Shown piece by piece: positions 55,835-64,000 of a stretch of DNA of 64,000 nucleotides. Position 1 is the first letter of the stretch. Each line of letters begins with the position of its first letter. Position numbers and translations under genes: made by a program. The DNA is from Elusimicrobiota bacterium (GTDB lineage Bacteria > Elusimicrobiota > Elusimicrobia > UBA1565 > JACRDR01): assembly GCA_041694815.1 (NCBI GenBank), contig JBGFSC010000021.1:1-64000 (forward strand), read 5' to 3'. The notes beneath the pieces were generated by a model that worked only from the letters and a program-made list of their open reading frames with translations, did not search any database and was not told the origin of the DNA.

Positions 55835-57103
55835 TTAACGTTCGCCGTCGGCCCGGGCAAGGCACGAAGGGCCTACGCTGTCTTGGGTCCTAGGGCCTGG
55901 GAACTTCAAGCGAAGCAGGCGCGGCAGGGACTCGACGTATTGGAGCGCGACGAGGACGCATACGCACGCGCCGATGCTGACCGTCCATGGCGCGCCAACC
56001 TTGGTGGCGAGCCAGCCGGCCCCGAAGTTCCCGATCGGCGTGGCCCCCATGAACATCATGGTGTAAAAGGCCATGACCCTGCCCCGGAAACGATCCGAGG
56101 AAAGGTCCTGGAGCAAGGTATTGACCCCCGCCATCTGCAGCATCACCCCGAGCCCCACGACGGCCATGAGCAACGCCGACAGCCATAAGGCGCGCGAGAG
56201 CGAGAAGCCGATCAAGGCCGCCCCGAAGAGAAGGGTGGTGCGCAGGACCAGGCGGTCGAGCCCATCGGGACCGGGGCGCCGAGCCAAGAACAATGATCCC
56301 AAGGTCGCCCCGACTCCGGAAGCCCCCATCAGCAAGCCCAAACCCGCCGAGCCGGCATGCAGCACCTCCTCGGCGAATACCGGCATGAGAACGACGAAGG
56401 GCATGCCCGCCAGGCTGACGACTCCCAGGAGGATCAAAATGATCCGGATGGGCTCCTCGCGGAGCACGTAATCGACGCCGCTGCGGATCTCCTTGAGCGC
56501 GGAGGCACCCGCCTCCGGCGCGGCCGGCCCAGGGAGGCCGCGCATCATCCGCAGCCCGACGAGCACGGCCAGGAAGCTGGCGGCGTTGATCGCAAAGCAC
56601 ACGCCCTCGCCCCAGAGACCGACAATCAGGCCCGCCGCGGAGGGGCCCAAGATCCGCGAGCCGTTGACGATCGTCGAATTCAAGGCGATGGCGTTGTGCC
56701 GGTCGGAGGCCGGCACCAGCTCGCCAATGAGCACTTGGCGCGCCGGTATGTCGAAGGCGTTCACGATCCCCAGCAGTGCGGCCAGCGAGTAGATATGCCA
56801 GACCTCGATGCGCCCCGACAGCGTTAAGAAGGCGAGCAGCAGCGCCTGCGCCAGGGCCAGGGCTTGGGTCCACAATACCAGCCGCCTCCTGTCGGTGCAG
56901 TCTACGACCACACCGGCATAAAGGCCGGCCAAAAAGCCCGGAAACTGCCCGGCGAAACCCACCAGTCCCAACTGGAACGGGTCTCGGGTGAGGCGATAGA
57001 CGAGCCATGACAATGCTACCTGCTGCATCCAAGAGCCGGTAAGCGATACGAATTGCCCGATAAAAAACAGTCGATAATTCCTATATTTTAGGGACTTAAA
57101 CAC
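55835..57103 (-). CDS. MFS transporter
   Basis: About 12 TMs; RNYRLFFIGQFVSLTGSWMQ, GVVVD..DRRR, PARQ. Confidence 0.93.
   Translation of the reverse strand: MFKSLKYRNYRLFFIGQFVSLTGSWMQQVALSWLVYRLTRDPFQLGLVGFAGQFPGFLAGLYAGVVVDCTDRRRLVLWTQALALAQALLLAFLTLSGRIEVWHIYSLAALLGIVNAFDIPARQVLIGELVPASDRHNAIALNSTIVNGSRILGPSAAGLIVGLWGEGVCFAINAASFLAVLVGLRMMRGLPGPAAPEAGASALKEIRSGVDYVLREEPIRIILILLGVVSLAGMPFVVLMPVFAEEVLHAGSAGLGLLMGASGVGATLGSLFLARRPGPDGLDRLVLRTTLLFGAALIGFSLSRALWLSALLMAVVGLGVMLQMAGVNTLLQDLSSDRFRGRVMAFYTMMFMGATPIGNFGAGWLATKVGAPWTVSIGACVCVLVALQYVESLPRLLRLKFPGPRTQDSVGPSCLARADGER
55861..55898. promoter_or_regulatory. Tandem GGNCC-N3-GGNCC-type motif (site E)
   Basis: GGCACGAAGGGCCTA and GGTCCTAGGGCCT, centres 24 bp apart, upstream of the minus-strand protease. 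Confidence 0.5.
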
Positions 57104-57152
57104 TTGATTAGTATAACAAATCGACTTCGGCGGGCTTTTGGTATAATAAACT

Positions 57153-59207
57153 GTGAGTTCTTTTCGACTTATTTCCGATTTCAAACCCGCCGGAGACCAG
57201 CCCAAGGCGATCGAGGAGTTGAGCGCGGGCCTGAGGGGCGGCGCTCAACCGCAGGTCCTGCTCGGAGTCACCGGCTCGGGGAAGACGTTCACCATGGCCG
57301 CCGTCATCGAGCGGCTCGACCGACCCACCTTGGTCATATCTCCCAATAAGGTCCTCGCCGCGCAATTGTACGCGGAATTCAAGGCCTTTTTCCCCCAAAA
57401 CGCCGTGGAGTACTTCATATCGTACTACGACTATTACCAGCCGGAAGCCTACGTACCATCGACCGACACCTACATCGAGAAGGATTCGGCGGTCAACGAG
57501 CATATCGACATGCTGCGGCTGAAGGCTACCAGTTCCCTCTTGTCCCGGCGCGACGTCATCGTGGTGGCCTCGGTGTCTTGCATCTACAACATCGGCTCCC
57601 CCGAAAACTACAAGGAGCTTTGCCTCGGGCTGCGCGTCGGACAGGCGATCTCGCGAGAGGAGATACTGGGCGGCCTAGTCGCCACCCATTACGAACGCAA
57701 CGAGACGGAGTTCGCCCGTGGCAAATTCCGGGTCAAGGGCGGCGTCATCGACGTATTCCCCGCCTACGGCGACAGCGCCGTGCGCGTCTGCCTCGAGGAC
57801 GGGCGTATCGCCTCCTTGAGCGGCCTGCATCCCTTGACGGGATCGAAGACCGCCGAGTTCGAGCAATGCTTCATCTACCCCGCCAAGCACTATCTCACGA
57901 CCCGGCCAGAGCTAGACCGGGCCCTCGGCACCATCGAGGCCGAGCTCCAGGAGCGCCTCGCCTACTTCAAGGACCGGGGCAAGCTGCTGGAGGCGCAGCG
58001 GCTCGAGCAGAGGACCCGCTACGACATGGAGATGCTCCGCGAGCTGGGTTTCTGCCATGGCGTCGAGAATTACTCGAGGCACCTTTCGGGGCGGCCTCCC
58101 GGCGCCCGTCCCTTCTGCCTGCTCGACTATTTCCCCCGGGATTACCTCCTCTTCATCGACGAGTCTCACGTGACGGTGCCGCAGATACGCGGCATGTACG
58201 AGGGCGACCGCGCGAGGAAGGCGACCTTGGTCGACTTCGGCTTCAGGCTGCCGTCGGCGATGGACAATCGGCCCCTCAAGTTCGACGAGTTCGAGTCCCT
58301 GGTGGGGCACAGCGTCTTCGTCTCGGCCACTCCCGGCCCTTACGAGCTGCGCAAGTCCGGCGGCGCGGTCGTCGAGCAGGTGATACGGCCCACCGGCTTA
58401 GTCGACCCCGAGGTACTGCTACACCCGACGGAAGGACAGATCCCGCACCTCATCGGACTCATCGCGGAGCGCGCGGCGAAAAAAGAGCGCACGCTCGTGA
58501 CCACCCTGACCAAGAGGACCGCCGAGGATCTGACCACCTATCTCGCGGGCAAGGGGCTCAAGGTCCGCTACCTCCACTCCGATATCGACTCGCTCACCCG
58601 GGTGGAGATACTCAAGGAGCTGCGCCTCGGACGATTCGACGTGCTCGTCGGCATCAACCTGCTCCGCGAGGGGCTTGACCTTCCCGAGGTTTCCCTGGTC
58701 GCCGTGCTCGACGCCGCCAACGAGGGCTTCCTGCGCAGCGAGACGACCCTGATCCAGATCGCGGGGCGCGCCGCCAGGCACCTGGGCGGCCAGGTGGTCT
58801 TTTACGCCGACGCCGTCACGGGCTCGATGCGCCGCGCCTTGGATGAGATGCAGCGGCGGCGGGCCCTCCAACTGGAATACAATCGGACGCATCATATCAC
58901 GCCGAGGGGCATACAAAAGGCCGTGCAGGACTTAGAGGAATTCCAGACCCATGCCAAGACCGAAGCGCTCTCCATGGTGCGCAGCGCCCAAGCCAAGCCC
59001 CTCAACAGAAAAAATTTGCCCCATCTGGTGGCGGACTTGGAGCGCCAGATGAAGGAGGCCGCCGACAATCTCGACTTCGAGCTGGCGGCGGCCCTGCGCG
59101 ACAGCATCATCGAGCTCCGGGAGATGAGCGGACTCAAAGCCCCTCTTTCGCGCGAACGCCGGGACGGCTCGACCCGGCGCGGCGCCAAGCGCGCCGTCCG
59201 CAGGTAA
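57153..59207 (+). CDS. uvrB: Excinuclease ABC subunit B
   Basis: GVTGSGKT, YYDYYQPEAY, IDESH, GINLLREGLD, C-terminal UVR domain. Confidence 0.98.
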   Translation: MSSFRLISDFKPAGDQPKAIEELSAGLRGGAQPQVLLGVTGSGKTFTMAAVIERLDRPTLVISPNKVLAAQLYAEFKAFFPQNAVEYFISYYDYYQPEAYVPSTDTYIEKDSAVNEHIDMLRLKATSSLLSRRDVIVVASVSCIYNIGSPENYKELCLGLRVGQAISREEILGGLVATHYERNETEFARGKFRVKGGVIDVFPAYGDSAVRVCLEDGRIASLSGLHPLTGSKTAEFEQCFIYPAKHYLTTRPELDRALGTIEAELQERLAYFKDRGKLLEAQRLEQRTRYDMEMLRELGFCHGVENYSRHLSGRPPGARPFCLLDYFPRDYLLFIDESHVTVPQIRGMYEGDRARKATLVDFGFRLPSAMDNRPLKFDEFESLVGHSVFVSATPGPYELRKSGGAVVEQVIRPTGLVDPEVLLHPTEGQIPHLIGLIAERAAKKERTLVTTLTKRTAEDLTTYLAGKGLKVRYLHSDIDSLTRVEILKELRLGRFDVLVGINLLREGLDLPEVSLVAVLDAANEGFLRSETTLIQIAGRAARHLGGQVVFYADAVTGSMRRALDEMQRRRALQLEYNRTHHITPRGIQKAVQDLEEFQTHAKTEALSMVRSAQAKPLNRKNLPHLVADLERQMKEAADNLDFELAAALRDSIIELREMSGLKAPLSRERRDGSTRRGAKRAVRR

Positions 59208-60067
59208 TGAAAACCCCGGAGGTATCCGCACTGATCCGCGCGGCGTTGCGGGAGGACTTAGGAAACGGCGGAGACCTCAGCACGCGTTTCTTCGTGCCCG
59301 TCGGCGTCCGGCTCCGCGGCAGGATCGTGGCCAGGCAGTCCGGCGTCATTTGCGGGATGGGGGTCGCCAGGGAGGTGTTCAAGGCCGTTTCGCCGGCTAT
59401 CCGATTCAAAGCCTTGGCGCGAGACGGCGACCGGGTCGGGCCGCACGCCGTCGTGGCGCGACTGGAGGGGCCGCGGCAGATCCTGACGGCGGAACGCACC
59501 GCGCTTAATTTCCTCCAACGCCTCTCGGGCGTCGCGACCCGGGCCCGCGCGTTCGCCGAGCGCGTCCGGGGGACGCGCGCCCGCGTCTACGATACCCGCA
59601 AGACCTTGCCGGGATGGAGGGCTCTCGATAAATACGCGGTCCGCTGCGGCGGGGCCAGCAACCACCGCATGGGCCTCTATGACATGGCCATGCTCAAGGA
59701 CAATCATCTGCGATTCGGTGGCGCGCGCCTCAAGAAGGCCGTGGCGGCTTTCCGTAGGCGCCACCCCAGGACGCCGCTGTTGATGGAGGCCAAAACCCGC
59801 GCGCAGGTCAAAGCGGCCCTCTCCTGCGGCGCCGACATCATCTTGCTAGACAACATGCCGCTGCGGCGCCTGCGCCGCGAGATCGCGCATATCCGCCGCG
59901 CCGCGCCCTCCAAGCACATCGAAGTCTCGGGAGGCGTCTGCTTGTCGAACGTGCGCCGCATCGCGCGCCTGGGCCCGGACCGCATCTCGGTGGGCGCGCT
60001 CACCCATTCCGCTCCCGCCCTAGACCTCAGCCTGGAGATCGACCATGGAATTGCCCGGAATACGTAA
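59207..60067 (+). CDS. nadC: Nicotinate-nucleotide diphosphorylase (carboxylating)
   Basis: ERTALNFLQ, DTRKTLPG, HRMGLYD, KDNH, LLDNM, GALTHS. Confidence 0.96.
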   Translation: MKTPEVSALIRAALREDLGNGGDLSTRFFVPVGVRLRGRIVARQSGVICGMGVAREVFKAVSPAIRFKALARDGDRVGPHAVVARLEGPRQILTAERTALNFLQRLSGVATRARAFAERVRGTRARVYDTRKTLPGWRALDKYAVRCGGASNHRMGLYDMAMLKDNHLRFGGARLKKAVAAFRRRHPRTPLLMEAKTRAQVKAALSCGADIILLDNMPLRRLRREIAHIRRAAPSKHIEVSGGVCLSNVRRIARLGPDRISVGALTHSAPALDLSLEIDHGIARNT

Positions 60068-60695
60068 GCTCGTCCATCGCCCACTCGTGGACTCGACGCA
60101 GACCGTCGCCCGTGAATTGGCGGAGCACGGCGCCGAGGAGGGAACCCTCGTCTGGGCGGACGAGCAAAGCCGCGGCCGAGGCCGCATGGAGCGCAGCTGG
60201 CAGTCGCCCCCCGGGGGGCTTTACCTCTCGCTCATCCTGCGCCCCAAGATGGCACCGCAGCGCCTAGCGGAGCTTAGCCTCGCCGCGGCCGAAGCCGTCG
60301 CCAAGGCCCTCAGCCATGCCACCGGGCTCGAGACGGCGGTCAAACCCCCCAACGACGTTTTCGCCAAGGCGCCCGGCCCCTCCCCTGAAGCCGAGGCCTC
60401 GCCTAATCCCGGGCGCCTCAGCGCCCAAGACGTTCCCGCTGGATATAAGAAGGTGTCGGGAATACTCGTCGAAGCGTCCGGAGGGCCTTCCCACATCGAT
60501 TGGATCCTCATCGGCATCGGCGTGAACGTCAACAACGAGGCCCCTAAATCCATCCCCTTGGCCGGGTCCCTCAAGGATTTGGCTGGCAGGCAGTTCGAGA
60601 TCGAGGCTCTGCTGCGCCTCATCTTGGAGGAATTTCAGTCTAAATACCGCGGTATCCTGAGCGCCTCCAATGGGCACATGGAAAAGCCGCATTAA
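60045..60695 (+). CDS. birA: Biotin--protein ligase (catalytic domain only)
   Basis: VDSTQ, QSRGRGR, KPPND, KVSGILVE, GIGVNV. Confidence 0.9.
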   Translation: MELPGIRKLVHRPLVDSTQTVARELAEHGAEEGTLVWADEQSRGRGRMERSWQSPPGGLYLSLILRPKMAPQRLAELSLAAAEAVAKALSHATGLETAVKPPNDVFAKAPGPSPEAEASPNPGRLSAQDVPAGYKKVSGILVEASGGPSHIDWILIGIGVNVNNEAPKSIPLAGSLKDLAGRQFEIEALLRLILEEFQSKYRGILSASNGHMEKPH

Positions 60696-60721
60696 CGGCA
60701 ATTTTTACGCGCTTTGAGCGC
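60694..60721 (+). repeat. REP-like element, partial
   Basis: AACGGCAATTTTTACGCGCTTTGAGCGC. Confidence 0.65.
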
Positions 60722-60782
60722 TTTTAGAAAGGCCGCCGTTGAAAATGCGGCGGCCTCGAAGAAAAAATGGTATAAAATGCCG

Positions 60783-61256
60783 ATGGCAGAGACCTATTTG
60801 ACACGCGCCGGCTACGAGAAGCTCGTAAGCGACCTACAGGCCCTCAAGCGGCGCAAGACCCAGCTCTCCAAAGAAATCGGGGAAGCCGCCGAGAAAGGAG
60901 ACCTCCGCGAGAACGCCGACTACACCTCCGCCAAGGAAAAGCAGGCCGAGGTGCTGCGCCGCATCCACGAGCTCGAGGACAAGCTCAAGGGCGTACGTCT
61001 CATCGATGATCTCAAGATCAAGGACGGCGAGGTGCAGATCGGCGTGCGGGTGACGCTCCGCGAAAAGGATTCGGGCGAGGAATACGTATGGACCTTGGTC
61101 GGCGCCGACGAGGCCGATCCGGCCGCCGGGAAGATATCCGTATACGCCCCGCTTTCCCAAGGGATCCTCGGCAAGAAGGTGGGCGAAGAGGTCAAGGTCC
61201 AGCTTCCCGCCGGCCCCAAATCCTTCAAGATCCTGAAAACGGAACCGGCGCTTTAA
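60783..61256 (+). CDS. greA: Transcription elongation factor GreA
   Basis: GDLRENADY, ISVYAPL, GKKVGE. Confidence 0.95.
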   Translation: MAETYLTRAGYEKLVSDLQALKRRKTQLSKEIGEAAEKGDLRENADYTSAKEKQAEVLRRIHELEDKLKGVRLIDDLKIKDGEVQIGVRVTLREKDSGEEYVWTLVGADEADPAAGKISVYAPLSQGILGKKVGEEVKVQLPAGPKSFKILKTEPAL

Positions 61257-61269
61257 GCGCCGCCAGGCG

Positions 61270-62313
61270 ATGGACGCCAAGACGCTCTCGGATTCCATCC
61301 GCGCCAAGGCGCGCTCCCTCGGCGCCGATCTGGTCGGCATTGCCCCGGCTCTCCTTCCAGAGGCTTCCGGCGGCCCTCAAGCCTACCGCGAGTGGATCGA
61401 GAACGGCATGCACGCGACGATGGCCTATATGGCCCGCGATCCCCAGGGCCGGGACTCCATCACCCGTTGGTTTCCTGCCGCCAAGTCCGTCGTCCTGCTG
61501 GGATTTAGCTACGCCGGACAGCCGCCTCTTTCCGGCCCCGACGAGCCCTCGGGCACCGGCCGCGTCGCCCGTTACGCCGTTTCCAAGGACTACCACGACA
61601 CGCTCAAGCACAAGCTCAAGGAGCTCCTGGCTTGGATCCGTGAGCAGTCCGCGCCCATCTCGGGGAAGTTCTTCGTGGACAGCAGCCCCGTACTCGAGCG
61701 GCTCTATGCACGATACGCGGGGCTCGGCTGGGTCGGAAAGAACACCCTCCTGATCCACCCGAAACTAGGCTCCTTTTTCTTCCTGACCGGCCTGGCATTG
61801 GACCGCGAGCTCGAGGCCGACGAGCCGCTGCCCGACCATTGTGGAAAATGCAACCGCTGCGTCGAATCCTGCCCGACGGACGCCTTCCCCCAAGCCCGGG
61901 TATTGGACGCCTCGCGCTGCATCGCGTACCTGACCATCGAGCATCGAGGCCCCATCCCTGAGGGACTTCGGGAGGGGACCGGCGACTGGATTTTCGGCTG
62001 CGACATTTGCCAGGATGTCTGTCCCTGGAACCGGTTTTCGAGGCCGAATCCCCTGTTTTCCCCACAGATCCCCCAACGCCTTGAGCTCGAGTCCGTCGCG
62101 GCGCTTTCCGACACCCAATTCGACGAGCGCTTCGCCCAGACGCCGGTAGAGCGCGCCGGCCGGCGGGGCCTAGTCCGCAACGCCCTCCTGGCCATGGGGA
62201 ACTCCGGCGACCCGGCGCACCGCCCGCAGCTGGAGAAATTCGCCGAAGACCACGATCCGATGCTCGCCGAACAGGCCCGCTGGAGCCTGGCCCGCTTGGG
62301 GAGGATCGCATGA
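61270..62313 (+). CDS. queG: tRNA epoxyqueuosine reductase
   Basis: DYH, VDSSPVLER, GKNTLL, CGKCNRCVESCPT, GCDICQDVCPWN. Confidence 0.96.
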   Translation: MDAKTLSDSIRAKARSLGADLVGIAPALLPEASGGPQAYREWIENGMHATMAYMARDPQGRDSITRWFPAAKSVVLLGFSYAGQPPLSGPDEPSGTGRVARYAVSKDYHDTLKHKLKELLAWIREQSAPISGKFFVDSSPVLERLYARYAGLGWVGKNTLLIHPKLGSFFFLTGLALDRELEADEPLPDHCGKCNRCVESCPTDAFPQARVLDASRCIAYLTIEHRGPIPEGLREGTGDWIFGCDICQDVCPWNRFSRPNPLFSPQIPQRLELESVAALSDTQFDERFAQTPVERAGRRGLVRNALLAMGNSGDPAHRPQLEKFAEDHDPMLAEQARWSLARLGRIA

Positions 62314-63611
62314 TCCGCGCGGGCCTTTTGCTGATGGCGTTAAACGCCGGCGCCTGGGCCTCCCCCATCCCGCATGACCGCCATGACCCGCATGAGGTGG
62401 TCCCTCCCAAGAAAATTCCCGAAGGGATGGGGGAAGACGAAGGGGAGCCCTGGCCGGTGCGCCTAATCGTATGGCCCATCCGACGCGGCATGTTCCTGCC
62501 CTTGCCCGTCGTCGACACGGACCCCAATCGAGGCGTGACCATGGGCATGATGCCGATCTGGGTGATCCAGCACCGCAGCGAGGAGCGCATCGAGCATATC
62601 TTCGCGCCTTCGCTGACGTACAACCATATTTTCCAAGGTAACCCGACCCTGCGCTACTATTATTACCGGACCCCGCAATCCCAAATAGTCCTGCGGGGCT
62701 CGATGGCCTTCCTCAACGACCGGGAACTCTTCGGGGAATACGTCGACAGCGATTTCCTGGGCAGGGGCATGGTGGCCGAGCTGCAGGGGCAATACAACGT
62801 CGATGGCTCGATGCGTTTTTTCGGCATCGGTCCGGCGACGCCAAGATCCAACGAGACCAATTACAGCCTGGACGTCATCTCCTACCGCGCCGCCCTGGGC
62901 CTCCCGATGTTCTCTAAGGGAAGCCCCTGGATGTTCAAGTTCTCGCACGAAATGGCCGGCACCAAGATTTCCAACGGGCCCATCAACTCCGTGCCCGATC
63001 TCCGAGCGCGTTTCCCGCAGCTCGAGCCCGCCCACCGCCACCAGATTTCGCGCTTTAGGTGGATGCTGGAGTACGATACCCGCGACAACGAGATCACCAC
63101 GTCCCGCGGCAGCTACGCGCATATCTTCATCGATGGCTCGCGCCGTGGCTTCGGCAGCGAATACCTCTACCATTTCTACGGCGCCGACCTGCGACAATTC
63201 TACCGGCCTTCCCCCGAATCCCCATTCGTGACAGCGGGCAACGTCAAATTCCAGCAGATCGTCGGGGACGCCCCTTTTTGGTTGATGCCCCAATTGGGAG
63301 GCAAATACATCCACCGCGCCTACGGCGACGGCCGCTATATCGACAACGGCCTCCTGGTCGCCAACATCGAGGAGCGCTACACTTTTTATCAAGTGAGGAT
63401 GTCGGGGGTCACCACCGAATTCGAGCTCGCCCCCTTCGTCGGCGTGGGCACGGTCTTCGACACGCCGGGGCGTATGCGTTCCAATTACGCCCGGCCGGTT
63501 TACGGCGCCGCGATCCGGGCCGTCGCGCGGCCCCAGGTGGTCGGCTCCGTCGATTTCGGCGTGGGCCAGGAAGGCCTGGCGGCCTTCATGGACATCAACT
63601 ACTCGTTCTAG
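62310..63611 (+). CDS. Omp85/BamA-TamA-like barrel protein without POTRA domains
   Basis: YDTRD, LGG...RAY...RY.D motif; C-terminal INYSF. Confidence 0.75.
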   Translation: MIRAGLLLMALNAGAWASPIPHDRHDPHEVVPPKKIPEGMGEDEGEPWPVRLIVWPIRRGMFLPLPVVDTDPNRGVTMGMMPIWVIQHRSEERIEHIFAPSLTYNHIFQGNPTLRYYYYRTPQSQIVLRGSMAFLNDRELFGEYVDSDFLGRGMVAELQGQYNVDGSMRFFGIGPATPRSNETNYSLDVISYRAALGLPMFSKGSPWMFKFSHEMAGTKISNGPINSVPDLRARFPQLEPAHRHQISRFRWMLEYDTRDNEITTSRGSYAHIFIDGSRRGFGSEYLYHFYGADLRQFYRPSPESPFVTAGNVKFQQIVGDAPFWLMPQLGGKYIHRAYGDGRYIDNGLLVANIEERYTFYQVRMSGVTTEFELAPFVGVGTVFDTPGRMRSNYARPVYGAAIRAVARPQVVGSVDFGVGQEGLAAFMDINYSF

Positions 63612-63631
63612 ACAATTTCTCACGCCGGGGC

Positions 63632-63668
63632 GGACCTAAAGGCCTATCGCCCCCAGGACCATTGGCCC
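63632..63668. promoter_or_regulatory. Tandem GGNCC-N3-GGNCC-type motif (site F)
   Basis: GGACCTAAAGGCCTA and GGACCATTGGCCC, centres 23 bp apart. Confidence 0.55.
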
Positions 63669-63706
63669 ATGCGACTACGCTATTTTAATGGCATACCTAT
63701 TAGGTC

Positions 63707-64000
63707 ATGCCTTCGTTTACCCGTAAGGCACTCTATTTCACGATAGTTCCATATTACCTGGCGCTCCCCGCGCGCCTGGCCGCAGAATTCGACAATGCGG
63801 ACCTCGTTGAGTGGGCCAGGAAAGAGATCCATCAGGAAAATGGACCTAATCTTAAAGTACATGAGAATCCGAATCCGGTGCAGTTGCCTCTGCGCAACTC
63901 GGAAGGCACCTTATTCTTGCCCGAAGAGTGCTTTCCCGACTCGAAATTAAGCGCCGCCGTCATGAACGAGGTAGATGCCTATCTGGCTGTTGCCCCGAAC
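63707..64000 (+). CDS. Hypothetical protein with a possible signal peptide (runs off the window)
   Basis: 98 open codons from ATG: MPSFTRKALYFTIVPYYLALPARLAAEFDN... Confidence 0.55.
   Translation, partial: MPSFTRKALYFTIVPYYLALPARLAAEFDNADLVEWARKEIHQENGPNLKVHENPNPVQLPLRNSEGTLFLPEECFPDSKLSAAVMNEVDAYLAVAPN

Noticed and set aside
60364..60447. Pro-rich insertion in BirA
   Set aside because: In frame, in a probable loop, with no repeat or intein signature.
277..63623. Many long overlapping alternative-frame ORFs (e.g. 277-1338, 3607-4665, 57578-58678, 62463-63623)
   Set aside because: They overlap well-supported genes, have Arg/Gly/Pro-biased or antisense composition, and are expected at this GC.

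Overview
GC-rich bacterial chromosomal window. Gene content suggests an uncultured Gram-negative such as Elusimicrobiota (inference only). Housekeeping genes include dapB, folK, panB, panC, a glutamate dehydrogenase, uvrB, nadC, birA, greA, queG and a DegP-like protease. The standout is at 1.6-2.95 kb, where two convergent cassettes share one layout: a shared ECF-type promoter (GGAACT-N15-CGTATAT); an atypical tRNA with an Asn/Gln-like body (U1:A72, G73) but an Asp (GUC) or Glu (CUC) anticodon; a trailer hairpin whose loop mirrors that tRNA's anticodon arm; and a separately promoted ~55-nt small RNA with two segments exactly complementary to its own tRNA. This looks like a tRNA/anti-tRNA control module, possibly regulated mistranslation or an RNA-RNA toxin-antitoxin. 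Other notable items: a flagellum-less FliG-fusion/MotA/MotB/MotB/TPR operon facing a PorV plus giant CTD-protein surface cluster; a 23-24 bp periodic GGNCC-N3-GGNCC motif upstream of six export-signal genes, including a Clp ATPase with a signal peptide; two probable ATA starts; a REP-like repeat family; and a Y1 (RAYT-like) transposase with perfect 29-bp inverted repeats. All calls were made by eye with no database searches.
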